From a virus (lineage: Duplodnaviria > Caudoviricetes): a stretch of 64,000 bases of DNA. The DNA lies in the IMG/VR virus record IMGVR_UViG_3300046170_000320, positions 1,934-65,933 of that record; one strand, 5' to 3'. Shown here in pieces: positions 40,491 to 52,100 of the stretch (position 1 is the first letter of the stretch; every line of letters begins with the position of its first letter). Made by a program: the position numbers and the translations under genes. Under the pieces are notes generated by a model. It ran no database searches. It was not told where the DNA came from and was given only the letters and a program-made list of their open reading frames with translations.

Positions 40491-41459
40491 ATGGGATTAT
40501 TTGATAAAAGAATACCGTATAAACCTTTTGAGTATCCTGAGTATTACACAGAAGGTTGGTTAAAGCAAGCTCAAGCATTTTGGTTACATACTGAAATACC
40601 AATGAGTGGAGATGTTAAAGATTGGAACGAAAGATTAAATGATAAAGAAAAGAACCTGGTCGGTAATATATTGCTCGGCTTCGCGCAGACGGAGTGTGCG
40701 GTTTCTGATTACTGGACACAAAAAGTAGTAAGCTGGTTTCCAAAGTACGAGATACAGCAAATGGCTATGATGTTTGGATCACAAGAGACTATACACGCAG
40801 TAGCATACAGTTATTTAAATGAAACATTAGGATTAGAAGATTATGAAGCATTCTTACACGAACCGGCGACGGCTGAGAGATTTGATAATTTGGTTGCTTA
40901 CGACGGTGATAACGCAATTGGTATTGGTAAAAGCTTGGCTGTATTTTCAGCCTTCGCTGAAGGAGTTAGTCTGTATAGTGCTTTTGCAGTCCTTTATAGT
41001 TTTCAGCTTCGCAATTTACTTAAAGGGATCGGACAACAAATGAAATGGTCTGTTCGCGATGAGAGCTTACACAGTAAAATGGGTTGCAAGCTTTTCCGCG
41101 ATATGTGCAGAGAAAACAATCAATTACTTAATTTATGTCGAGAAGATATAGTAAAAGCTGCGGAAACCATGGTAGCACTAGAAACTAAGTATATTAACAA
41201 GATGTTTGAGATGGGTGACATTGAAGGCATATCATCAAATGATCTTACGCATTTTATAAAAAAGAGAGCAAATGAAAAACTTGTTGAACTGGGTTACGTT
41301 GACCTTGGGAACTATTTCGCGTATGACAAGGGCGCAGCGTCTAATCTTGATTGGTTCTATCATCTTACCGGCGGGGTCACTCATACTGATTTTTTCGCAA
41401 TACGGCCGACGGATTATAGCAAAGCTGGCGAAGGGGAAGACTTCGAAGATATTTGGTAA
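40491..41459 (+). CDS. nrdB: Class I ribonucleotide reductase beta subunit
   Basis: ETIHAVAY, EGVSLYSAF, RDESLH metal-ligand motifs; TDFF C-terminus. Confidence 0.92.
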   Translation: MGLFDKRIPYKPFEYPEYYTEGWLKQAQAFWLHTEIPMSGDVKDWNERLNDKEKNLVGNILLGFAQTECAVSDYWTQKVVSWFPKYEIQQMAMMFGSQETIHAVAYSYLNETLGLEDYEAFLHEPATAERFDNLVAYDGDNAIGIGKSLAVFSAFAEGVSLYSAFAVLYSFQLRNLLKGIGQQMKWSVRDESLHSKMGCKLFRDMCRENNQLLNLCREDIVKAAETMVALETKYINKMFEMGDIEGISSNDLTHFIKKRANEKLVELGYVDLGNYFAYDKGAASNLDWFYHLTGGVTHTDFFAIRPTDYSKAGEGEDFEDIW

Positions 41460-41491
41460 CATAACTAATAAAGATATAGAAAAAGACTTAT

Positions 41492-41719
41492 ATGAAGGGA
41501 AGTAAACAAAGCAGAACAGATCTGCTAGAAAAAAAGATACAAGCAGCGATTAATATAATTAAGCAATTATTAGATGAAAATGCTTATTTAAAAGATCTAT
41601 CTGTAGGTACACTGGAGACTGTAAAGTTAATGCCAGGTTATGATGAAGCAATAGAACAGTTAAAAACTAAACTAAAAGAAGATGGAGAGAAAAAGAAGAT
41701 GGAAGTACAGGCTGATTAA
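41492..41719 (+). CDS. Small coiled-coil hypothetical protein
   Basis: 75 aa ORF. Confidence 0.5.
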   Translation: MKGSKQSRTDLLEKKIQAAINIIKQLLDENAYLKDLSVGTLETVKLMPGYDEAIEQLKTKLKEDGEKKKMEVQAD

Positions 41720-41951
41720 AGCCTTACGATATACTAATAAGCTCACATCTTGGCAGAAGTTTGCGTCACGTGTTGGATACATGGGCGCAGGCTTTGTCAT
41801 AGCAGGGCAATGGACAATTGAACCTATGTTTTTTATCATAGGATTTATGTGTGTGATAGTACAAACATCATCACGTAAACAATGGAACTTAGTTGCTTTA
41901 AACGTTAATGGTTTAATAGCATGGATCATACACTTAATAAACGGAGTATAA
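41682..41951 (+). CDS. Small 3-TM membrane protein (possibly PnuC/SemiSWEET-like)
   Basis: Three short hydrophobic helices; RKQWNLVALN. Confidence 0.45.
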   Translation: MERKRRWKYRLIKALRYTNKLTSWQKFASRVGYMGAGFVIAGQWTIEPMFFIIGFMCVIVQTSSRKQWNLVALNVNGLIAWIIHLINGV

Positions 41952-41952
41952 A

Positions 41953-43674
41953 ATGTGGAACAATGAATGGAAAAAAGGAGAAGATTACCCTAAGTGGGGT
42001 GATACAGATGTATATAAAAAAACTATATCAGGCGGTTACTTACTACAAGATGAAACGCCTCGTGATGCATACATGCGAGTTGCTAAAACAGTTGCGCGTA
42101 GACTTTACAAACCTGAGATGGCCGGAACGTTCTTTGATTATATTTGGAATGGTTGGTTGTGCTTGGCTAGTCCTGTGTTATCAAATACAGGGACTGATCG
42201 CGGTTTACCTATATCTTGCTTTGGCATTGATGTTGCAGACTCGATACAGGACATAGGGCAGAAAAACCTAGAGATGATGCTACTCGCTAAGCACGGCGGT
42301 GGAGTTGGCATTGGTATTAATATGATTAGACCCGCCGGCGCTAAAATAACAGGTAATGGAACAAGTGATGGCGTTGTGCCGTTTTGTAAAATATACGACT
42401 CGACAATACTTGCCACTAATCAAGGATCTGTCAGACGAGGAGCTGCATCAGTTAATATTAATATTGATCACCCCGATTTCGATGAGTGGCTCGAAATACG
42501 TGAACCTAAAGGTGATGTCAATAGACAATCACTTAACATGCACCAGTGCGCTGTGGTTGGCGATAAATTTATGCGACGAATTGAACAAGGAGATAGAGAC
42601 GCTAGAAAACGTTGGGGAAAATTACTTCAAAAGCGTAAAGCTACTGGCGAACCTTACATCCTTTTTAAGGGGAATACAAATAAAAATAACCCACGAGCCT
42701 ACAAAGACAATGGCTTAAAGGTACATATGACAAACATATGTTCAGAGATTACATTACACACAGACGAGAATCATAGCTTTGTATGTTGCTTGTCGTCATT
42801 AAATTTAGCTAAATATGATGAATGGAAAGGTACTAACCTTATATATCACGCCACGTGGTTTCTTGATGGCGTTATGGAGGAGTTTATTCAAAGAGCCAAA
42901 GGACTTAGAGGTTTTGAAAATGCCATTCGTTCTGCTAGCAAAGGACGAGCACTCGGGCTGGGTGTCCTTGGGTGGCATACCTACCTCCAAGAAAAGGCTA
43001 TTCCTTTTGAAGGTTTACTTGCTCAGTTTGAAACTAGGAAAATATTTTCGCAAATTAAAATCGAAAGCGAGCGGGCTAGTAGAGATCTTGCTGAGGTTTA
43101 TGGTGAACCTTTGTGGTGCGTTGGCACTGGGATGCGTAATACTCACCTGCGCGCTATTGCTCCCACTGTTAGTAATTCAAAGCTTAGCGGAAACATTTCG
43201 CCGGGAATAGAACCTTGGGCTGCTAATGTATTTACAGAGCAATCAGCTAAAGGTACATTTATAAGAAAAAATCCTACACTTTTAAAATTACTTAGAAAAC
43301 TTAAAATCAATACAAATGAAACTTGGGATAAAATACTGGCAGATGGTGGTAGTGTTCAAGGTCTATCTGAGCTTGACGGGGTTGTGGTTGGACCACACGA
43401 TGTACCGGCTAAAGACGTTTTTAAAACGTTTAAAGAGATCAATCAGCTCGAACTAGTAAATCAAGCTGGTATACGACAGCAGTACATAGATCAATCTGTT
43501 AGTTTAAATCTAGCATTTCCTAGTGTAGCTACACCTAAATGGATTAATCAGGTTCATATGTCAGCATGGAAGAAAGGTATTAAGACCTTGTACTATACTA
43601 GAACTGAATCAGTACTACGCGGTGATATAGCACAACAAGCTATGAGTGAAGATTGTTTAGCTTGTGATGGCTAA
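41953..43674 (+). CDS. nrdA: Class I ribonucleotide reductase alpha subunit (compact, no ATP cone evident)
   Basis: PISCF, GGGVG, TNICSEI (NxCxE), IAPT, LYY, C-terminal CLAC. Confidence 0.93.
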   Translation: MWNNEWKKGEDYPKWGDTDVYKKTISGGYLLQDETPRDAYMRVAKTVARRLYKPEMAGTFFDYIWNGWLCLASPVLSNTGTDRGLPISCFGIDVADSIQDIGQKNLEMMLLAKHGGGVGIGINMIRPAGAKITGNGTSDGVVPFCKIYDSTILATNQGSVRRGAASVNINIDHPDFDEWLEIREPKGDVNRQSLNMHQCAVVGDKFMRRIEQGDRDARKRWGKLLQKRKATGEPYILFKGNTNKNNPRAYKDNGLKVHMTNICSEITLHTDENHSFVCCLSSLNLAKYDEWKGTNLIYHATWFLDGVMEEFIQRAKGLRGFENAIRSASKGRALGLGVLGWHTYLQEKAIPFEGLLAQFETRKIFSQIKIESERASRDLAEVYGEPLWCVGTGMRNTHLRAIAPTVSNSKLSGNISPGIEPWAANVFTEQSAKGTFIRKNPTLLKLLRKLKINTNETWDKILADGGSVQGLSELDGVVVGPHDVPAKDVFKTFKEINQLELVNQAGIRQQYIDQSVSLNLAFPSVATPKWINQVHMSAWKKGIKTLYYTRTESVLRGDIAQQAMSEDCLACDG

Positions 43675-43747
43675 AGGCTAAAAGTTATGACTTTTTTATA
43701 CATACAATAACTAATGTGTATAAAAAATTAAATAATCTATACATATT

Positions 43748-43780
43748 AAAAAAGGGCTCTCGTAATGAGGGCCCTTTCTT
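43748..43780. terminator. Bidirectional intrinsic terminator at the convergence of the arms
   Basis: aaaaaagggctctc-gtaat-gagggccc-tttctt. Confidence 0.8.
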
Positions 43781-43826
43781 GGTTACAGGAACTTTTGGGT
43801 ATGGTACGCCCAGTTATCTTTGTTCC

Positions 43827-44123
43827 TTAATTTGATTGTCCTAACGACGATATTACATTAACAGCATCATCAGCAAAATTAACAGCTAAGTTTTTACCTT
43901 TTTTAATAAATTTTTTAATAATACTAGGGTTTTTAGAAAGATTAAAACCTTGCTTTATCACAGGACCTCCACTCATTATAAAAGCTAATGTGTTATCTTC
44001 ATTTATGTTGCCTAACTGTGGATCAATTATGCTGTACCTGTCATGTGCTTCCTGGGAATTAGATTTTTTTAATCTATCCCGTGTAGCTTTTATTTCTTCT
44101 AATCTTTCAAAGTGGTGTGACAT
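43827..44123 (-). CDS. Hypothetical protein
   Basis: 98 aa, last ORF of the right arm. Confidence 0.45.
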   Translation of the reverse strand: MSHHFERLEEIKATRDRLKKSNSQEAHDRYSIIDPQLGNINEDNTLAFIMSGGPVIKQGFNLSKNPSIIKKFIKKGKNLAVNFADDAVNVISSLGQSN

Positions 44124-44124
44124 A

Positions 44125-44271
44125 TTAATTTATTTTTTTACAAACACACTCTGCAACCGCACAGTCTTTTACGTTAACAATTAATTTAGACACTAACCAG
44201 TTCCATTTACACATTAGCTTGCACCAGCAAGCCTGCATCCATAATCCTAGTTTTACTAATAATTTTCCCAT
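44125..44271 (-). CDS. 48-aa Cys/Trp-rich peptide, not in the ORF track
   Basis: MGKLLVKLGLWMQACWCKLMCKWNWLVSKLIVNVKDCAVAECVCKKIN. Confidence 0.6.
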   Translation of the reverse strand: MGKLLVKLGLWMQACWCKLMCKWNWLVSKLIVNVKDCAVAECVCKKIN

Positions 44272-44278
44272 AATTTAT

Positions 44279-44871
44279 TTATTTATACATTCTAGCCAGT
44301 TTTGAAGCTGGTACTCCATCTTTTTTTACAGATCCACCTTTTGCTATTTCCATAGTATAAGCATAATCTTTTAAAGACTTAATATCTTCAGGCTTTCTAG
44401 GCTTAACATAAGTTTTAGGTCCAGCGCCATCCGTGTCATCAATATAAAAACCTTCTTTACTTTGCTTAACATATTTATCGTAAGCAGGTTTATGAAGTTT
44501 TTGAATTGAATCTTGATATTCTTTTTTCTTTTTAGGATCTATTTTTAATGGTGATTTACCGCTAAATGATTTTTGAAATGGTGAACTCATGATTTTTTTG
44601 ATTTATTTTTTTGACAAAAGTTTCTAGCTGCTTCTACGCTGCCGAAACCCCACTTTTTTAGTGCCATTGCTTTTTTAGTTGGTTCGCCTTTAGCATTTTT
44701 CATTGCTCCAGCCATACCAGCAAATCTACAAGCAAATGACACTCTTCGCTTGTTAGTTCCTTTTGTAAGTCTTTTACCTAATTTCTTACCGGTTTCAGAT
44801 GTATACTCTGACCGCATTTTTCTATTTTGCTTTTCGTAAGCTTTTTCTTTTATTTTTACTGGTGATTTCAT
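44279..44871 (-). CDS. Two small basic proteins (44279-44590; 44587-44871)
   Basis: K-rich; second has RRVSFACRF...ALKKWG; both start with SP motifs. Confidence 0.6.
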
Positions 44872-44872
44872 A

Positions 44873-45226
44873 TTAATATGTCCAAATTACGTTTTGTGAT
44901 TTACCTTTGTCGATGTCTACATGTATAAAAGTGCTAGCAACACCTATACGATTAAAACCTACTTCTATTAATGCTGTAAGCATTTCAAATCTATCGTTAG
45001 ATCTTACGCATGCTACATCAATTGCTAAGCCTTTTAAATGCGAAGATGAATCAACACCACCGACTTTACGGTTGTGAGACTCAGTTCTGTATCCACTAGT
45101 TACATGTATAGGCTTGCCATATATCTCACGAGCTTTGTCTATCATATCCAAAAGCTCAGGATCCATAAGCTGACCACTACCTTGTATATCAGGTGAATCA
45201 AATTCTTCGTAATTAAAGTATTTCAA
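44873..45226 (-). CDS. Peptidase M15 family endolysin candidate
   Basis: SGYRTESHNRKVGG, SSHLKGLAID, FIHVD. Confidence 0.85.
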   Translation of the reverse strand: MKYFNYEEFDSPDIQGSGQLMDPELLDMIDKAREIYGKPIHVTSGYRTESHNRKVGGVDSSSHLKGLAIDVACVRSNDRFEMLTALIEVGFNRIGVASTFIHVDIDKGKSQNVIWTY

Positions 45227-45384
45227 TCTTCAGTTTCTTTTTTGATATTGATCCATTTAGAAATGGTATAGCCAATAGTTATTAGTAGTAATACAATTTT
45301 CAAACCGTCTTCTATTTGTGTAAAGGTTGTAACACCCAGCGCACCCGCGTTCATAGCGTATAGCTTCATATCTGATAAACTCAT
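45223..45384 (-). CDS. Small membrane protein (holin candidate)
   Basis: Hydrophobic LKIVLLLITIGYTI, charged tail; overlaps the endolysin start; start taken at MSLSDM. Confidence 0.5.
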   Translation of the reverse strand: MSLSDMKLYAMNAGALGVTTFTQIEDGLKIVLLLITIGYTISKWINIKKETED

Positions 45385-45385
45385 T

Positions 45386-46188
45386 TTATTCTCCACATTT
45401 TTTTGATGGATCATCTACTCTTCTCCAGTCTTCTTTTTCAAACCAGTCTCTAAGTGTAGCTCCTTTCTTACGAGCGCCTTTAACATTAGTCTTAGACGAT
45501 CTTTTATATTTACCTTTTGCGCCAGCAGATTTCTTAGAGTTAACCAGCTTCTGTCTCTCTTCTTTACTCATGCTTCGTATTTTAGAAGCAGGTAAACAAG
45601 TTTTAGTTGTACCTCCACCTTTTTGTTTATTAAGTGGAGATCTTTTTTCTTCTGCTTGGGCTAAACCTACTTTGTTACCATCTCCTCTACCAGAAACAGC
45701 AGCGGTTCTATTGCGCATTTTATTCCAAGGTTTTGAGTGCATAACTGTAGCAGCACAATGCATCATAGGTGTTTTTTGTGAATAAGCCATTACTTTTTCT
45801 TTTTACCTCCGAACTTACCAGGTCCACCAGCTTTAGTACATCTTACGCCCCAGCCTGAAGCATAAGCACTAGGCCAAACCTTAAATTTCTTTTTTGCTGC
45901 AGCTTTACATGCTGAACTTATTTTACCATAAAGTGGTGATCCCATATTTATACCTGATTTAACAACGTAAGGTCCTATTTTATCTACTTTTACTTTAGAA
46001 TAATCTTCAACAGAATGCTGTGGAAAAGTAGAAGCATCTCCTTCTTTTTTAGCAAATTGCTTTTCAAAATCATCTTCAGTAACATAATCACCTGGCTTAT
46101 AGGTTTTACTAGGTTTGTTTATCCTAATAGTATCTTTATGTTTTTTATTTTTTTGATTCGGCATTTTTCTTTTTATTTTGTAGTTCAA
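45386..46188 (-). CDS. Two small basic proteins (45386-45790; 45790-46188)
   Basis: CLPASKIRSMS / LRDWFEKEDW and KFKVWPSAYASG modules, recalled from other phage basic proteins. Confidence 0.6.
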
Positions 46189-49100
46189 TTATTTTTTTAA
46201 CTCTAGCATCTTCATAACGCAATGCTTTAATTTGTTTTTTATCAAGACCTAAATCTAATAGCATTTGTACTTGATCAGATGTTTTAGTATCTTTTTTCAT
46301 TGTATCAAACTCACGTTGTTTAATCTCTTCAGGTGTTGGATCTTTAGGTTTGTCCCAACCTCCATAGTAAGGTAAGCCAATGTCATAAGTACCCCAACCT
46401 AAGCCTAATGCAACTTTTTGCCAAGTCTCTGTTTGATTACTTAATAAACCTCTAACGTTGTTTGCTTTCTTAACAACACGATCAACAGGCACGTTTGTAA
46501 AAGCAGATATAATCTGAGCACCTGCTAAATAAGCTGGGTTGTCAAGGCTAAAGCCTTTTTCTTTCATTTCTTTTCTATTCCAGCTAAAGCTTTTTAATCC
46601 GCCTACTAGTTTTCTATATTTAGAATTAAGTGGTGGTGAAAATCCTAGAGCTTCAACTGATGCAGCTTCATACTCAGGTGTTTTCTTACCGTGCTCATCG
46701 TATAGTTTAACTATCATATTTTTAAGAGCTGAAACTGCTGTACCTGCAACACCTAAACCTTTAAGCTGTGAGTCAAGCATACCGTTTGCAACTCTAGCTA
46801 TTTTCTTATCAGCACGTGCTTTTTTCTTAGCATCTTCTTCTTCGTCTTCGCTATCACCAAATCCTATAGCAAATAAAGCTTGCTGCAGCGCGTTGAATAT
46901 TAAATTCTGTACAAAACCATAATAAGCTATTTTAGACACATGAGTTCTCCAGTCGCCGCGACCTGCAATAAGATCTTGTGCAGATCTTTTTTGTATTCTA
47001 GCATACTGCATCGGAGTATTTGCCCAAGCAAGTATTACACGACCTGCGGCTGATGCCTGCTGCATACTAATTTTAGACGGATCACTTGACTGCTGGTTTT
47101 CTTCAGCTAATGCTCTAAAGTCATCAAATGCTTTTTCTTCTGCAAGCTTTTGATCCATACCTTCTTTAATATACTTTTTTATTCTATTTCTATAAAACGT
47201 AGCACCGCCTGAAGCAATAGCAAAACTGTCAGCAAACCTTGTCATAACAAAACCCTTGCTAAGTAAGAAAGCAATAGCAGCTCTTGGTTTGTTTTTAGAA
47301 TCTTTTACTGCATCTGCTATTTCAGATTCACTTACATTAATTTTAAGACCGTTACGGCGTTGTGTTAAATAATCAGAGTTCATAAGCGACATAAAGTCTT
47401 TCCAGTATTGTTTCTGATTTGCAAACGCTTTACCTGCAGCTACAATATTATTATCACCCCAATTTATAAAGTTTACAGCAGAGATGGTCTGTAGCAATGC
47501 AGATCTTGTATTTAAGAACATTACAGCACCGACAGAGTTGTTTAGCCAGTCGAATATCTTTTCTGTTACAGGGTTGCTTCCTATTGGTCTATTAGTACCA
47601 GCTTTCATACGACGTATGCTATCTTCCATAGCTCGACGCCATCTTGTACCGTAAGCAGCTTCCATTTTATTTAAGTTCTCAGGTGAGAATATAATATCTA
47701 AGTTCTCTCTAAACTCTTGCTGAGCTTCTGCTCTACTGACCTTGTTTATACCACCAATAATATCTGTAGTTAAGTTACCACCTAACCAGTCTTTACTAGG
47801 TTCAGGATATAACTTACCTTTTTGTATTGATATTAATTGATCTGCAAACGCTTGTAATTTAGGGTCGTTCTTAATAAAGGCATTTAGCTTTCTAATGTCT
47901 GCTTTTGATAATCCAGGTATTGACATACCTTGTTGCGTCCATATGTAAGTTCTAATAGCATGCTGATATGTAAAACCACCAATACCAGTTTCTTTTCTAA
48001 ATGTTTTAGGTAAACCTGGAAATTGCTGTTTAAGTGCCATAAAGTCATTAGCTGCTGCCATTTTAGCTTGAACAACAGTGTCTTCGGCTTTCATATACGG
48101 ATCTAACAAATTTGTTTTAAGAAAAGCCATTTGAGCATCACCCTTTCTTTCCTTTGCCTAGCATCTTGTACAATAGACCTGTAAAGTCTTCTGCCGATGC
48201 AGGTATTAAGAAATTATACTTACCTTTGCTAGCACCGACTGTTTTAGCCTTTTGCAGCTGAAAACTGCTTGTATGTTTCAATTCCAGAGGAATCAAATAT
48301 CATATCATTGACTATAGTGTCAAATGTTTGCTTTTTACTAGCTCTAGCTTGTTGCACTCTTGATTTAACATCTATTTGATCTAAAACTTCTTTAACAGCT
48401 TTAACGTTTTTACTAGCATCATCTGCAAAGTAAAAGTCGTTATAACCTTCAGCTGCTTTACCAGCTATCCATCTACCTTTAGCCGCAGCTGTGCCATCGC
48501 CTAAACCTGTTATATTGCCTAAAGGTATATCAATACCCAGCGCTTTCATAAAAGCCTTTATAGGACCAGCCGCTGCTTGTGGTCTTGCTGTTAATATAAA
48601 CAAGTCTTCTGTACCACGAGTATCTGCTATTTTTTTAGCAACATTAAATAGTGGTCCTTTCTTGCCATCAATCACTTGCTCGAACTGACTAAAATCAAAT
48701 GTAGCGCCTTGGGCTTCAAGATCTGCCGCTTGCTCAGCAAACTGTGTAGCATTTATTTCTTTAGTGCCGCCTGGAACTTCTTTTAAAACCTCTGCTTTTT
48801 GAGAATCAGTAAGACTATTGAAATTTTGTTTATAGCTAGGTAGGTTTTCAAATTCTTTTTTAAACTTTCTTCTAGCTACAATATCAAGCATATCTTTATC
48901 TATGCTAGATATAGGCATATTAACGATAACTTTGCTATTAGATCTAGCTAGCGTGTCATCAAAATCAAATACTCTTATTTTTCTAACAGGTTTGTCTATT
49001 TTTCTACCTTCATTTAAAGCTTGATCAAGATTGCTTAATTCACCTACTATGTCTTGATTTGTTTTTTGTTTTTGACTAGCTCTAGCGTAACCTAGAGGTC

Positions 49101-52100
49101 CAGGCATCATTTCTGTGTTTTGCTTCTTAGCTCCTTGATAAGTTGATTTATTATTGATCATGTTTTTGACAATAATACCTTCAGGACTTAAACTCGCATC
49201 TGAAGCAGTGGAAATTATTTTAGCTTGTTTTTCGCTAAGTTCTTGAGCTATAAATTCAGCTAAATTTGTACCTGTAAAAATTCTACCTGATGGTAATCTT
49301 CGTATTCCAATAGGTATTTGAAACTGAGCATCTTTGCCTAAAAAAGTTAAAGGATTTGCAAAACTTCTGACAGACGCACCATCTGCATCTTTTTCTACTC
49401 TCATTCTTTCTGAGATAACAGCTTGCTCTAGACTAGCAGCGTTAACTTTAGCGTCAAATATAGCTTTTTCTTTAGTTATTTCACCTTTTCTAAACTTATT
49501 TAATATATTTAAAAAATTCTTATTAGCGTTAAAAAGCTCTACTAAATGCTCATTATGCATTCTTTTATTTTCAGTTTTACCTTTAGTAGTACCTTTTTCT
49601 GGTTTTATGCTAAAACTAGTAACAGGTATTAAACCCTTAAATATACCAGTTGCTCTATTTACTTGAGATTCTAATATATCTATTATTGTTGCAAAATTTT
49701 CGCTAGTAGGATCAGCTGCAAACATGTTTATTAAAGAAACATAAGTGTCAGAAACCGCTCTTTGATTCGCAATTAAAACATCATCAATATTTGTTTCTTT
49801 ATCTGGAGTTAAAAGATCTTCTACTTTAGCTCGTGTTTCGTCTAAAGTTATATCACCATTATTATATGAATCAGCTATTTTTTCAACCTTACCTCTAAAT
49901 CCTTTTTGACCCCAGTTTCTTGGAGCAAAAACATTTTCACTGCTCCCTAACTTAGTTCCAACACCTTTTAAAACATCGGCTCCAAAAGCAGCTGTTAATA
50001 ACTTACTATAGCCATCGCTAGATTTTAAACCATATGCTTTGTATGTCAATGGCTTTCCTCCTATTGTTATTCTAGTATCGCCAAAACCTACAGTATCTAT
50101 AATAGCTTGCTGCATAGACTTTGGTAAATCAGAAAAACTTTTACCTTTAGGTATCATGCCTTTGATTAAAGAAGTATAACCTTTTTTAAGTTTAGCTGCG
50201 TTAGCTACAGATGATATTTCATTTTTGCCTCCAACTCTAACATTAAATTTGCTTCTTAATTCTTTATATCTTTTTTCATTTGTAAAAAGATAATCAACAG
50301 CGTCCGTAAAATCAACACCTAGAGTTTTTGCTGTATCTTCAATAAAATTTATTTCAGCTTCAATAGCATCTGCATCGAGATTTCCAGATAAAGTTTTTTC
50401 TAAAAACTTCTTAGCTCCTTTGTTTTCTACTTCATTTACAGCTTCTTTTATTATTTTATTACTAAACCTAGCGCCTGTTCTTGTTCTAGCTACAGGATCT
50501 GGTACAGCTTGCTCAAATATCAAGTTTCTAAGAGATAAGTTAGCCAAGCCTTTTAATGCTTGAGCGTCACCTGATCTATACACAGCATCCTTACCTTTAG
50601 CTTTTTTAGCTTCAGGATTTAAAGCGTCAATTATATTTTTATAATCTTTTAAACCTTTTCTAGTGTCTCTTACGTATTTGTCTTTAGAGTTTTTAGTAAA
50701 TAAGGCTTCTAATATTTTACCAGGTATAGAAGTTGATTTACCTTCTATGTTTGCAGCTTCTGCCAGCATCGCAAAGTCAGCCTCTGCGTTTATATTTAAA
50801 AATTGTTGTAAAGCCGTAACAGCGCCTGACACAACATCGCCTTTCATTATATTTTGATTCTTCTTAGAAAACCTATTAGCTTTCAAGCCAGTAGCTTTTT
50901 CCATTAAAGCAGCAACCGCAGGTCCTATGTCTTTAATGTCTTTAAACTCTTTTATTTCACCCTTGTAAAAGTTAGCAATGTCATCTGCAATGGCCTCTTC
51001 AAACAACGCGTCTACCTCAGCCTTTGTGCTAACACCTAAATTACTTAATATTGTACTAGGATACTTCCTAGACGCCTTAGGAGTTGTTCTAGCTCTTGCT
51101 TTTTGCTTCGTAGTGGTTGTTTTTTTACTAGCAATTTGTCTAGCCTCCGAGCCGCTTGTACTTTCAGTTACAAATTTATTTGGATCAAGACCTGCTGCTG
51201 TATATATTTCAGCTGCTCTTACTCCTAACCTTCCTAGAAAAGTACTAACCTCACCTTTATCTTCGGCATATTCTTCCGCTAGTGATTTTTTTCTACCTTT
51301 AAAAGTTATATCAACCATACCAGGCGTCATCATGTCTGTCACGGCTTGAAGTATGTCATTTGAATCAACACCACTTTGCTGCGCTACATCAGGATTAAAC
51401 TTTAATAAATCTAATATTAAACCAGAGTTTTCTTCAACAATCGTAGTTGCAGCACCAATGTCTCCCTCGACAATGTTCTGCATTAACTTCTTGTTTCTTG
51501 TAGCCTTTTCAGATAGTCTAGCTTCACCTTGTTCAGTAACTTCAGTTCCTTTTATAGTTCCTGTTTTTGCAGCTACATCTGCACCTTTACCACTCTTAAT
51601 TGCTTTATTATATCCTTTAACAAAGTCTAAAGCACTTCTACCAGTTCTAAAGCTAATATTTAATTTACCGCCACTAAATATACTTTTTAATGTTCTGCCA
51701 AAATCTACAAATTTGTCAATTAAAGTAGTGTTTTCTACTATTTGATCATTAGATAAACCTTCACTAGTTAAAGTAAAAACTTCTTCGTAGTACTGCTCTT
51801 CGCTTATATCGCCGTCTCTAAACTGTTTATTAGCTTGATTAAGTCTATTTGCTACTACAGCATCTAGTTCTATGCCATCACTATTTAATAAAGCTTCTAG
51901 CTTTTTACCAGCTTTTATTTTAGCGGCACTGTTATTTACAAATATTTTATCTAACAAAGCATGTAAAACTTCGTGCTGAGCTGTAGTTGCTACATTATCT
52001 TGTAAAGCAGAAACTTCGTTTAATATAACTTGAGTAGTTCCATCACCCATTCTAGATATAAAACCATAACTTTGGTCTTCGGCAGGCAATATATTTCCTT

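Noticed and set aside
41921-43210. Three +1-frame ORFs in nrdA (also in primase, ligase and exonuclease)
   Set aside because: No recognisable features; plausibly by-products of codon usage, and not supportable without comparative data
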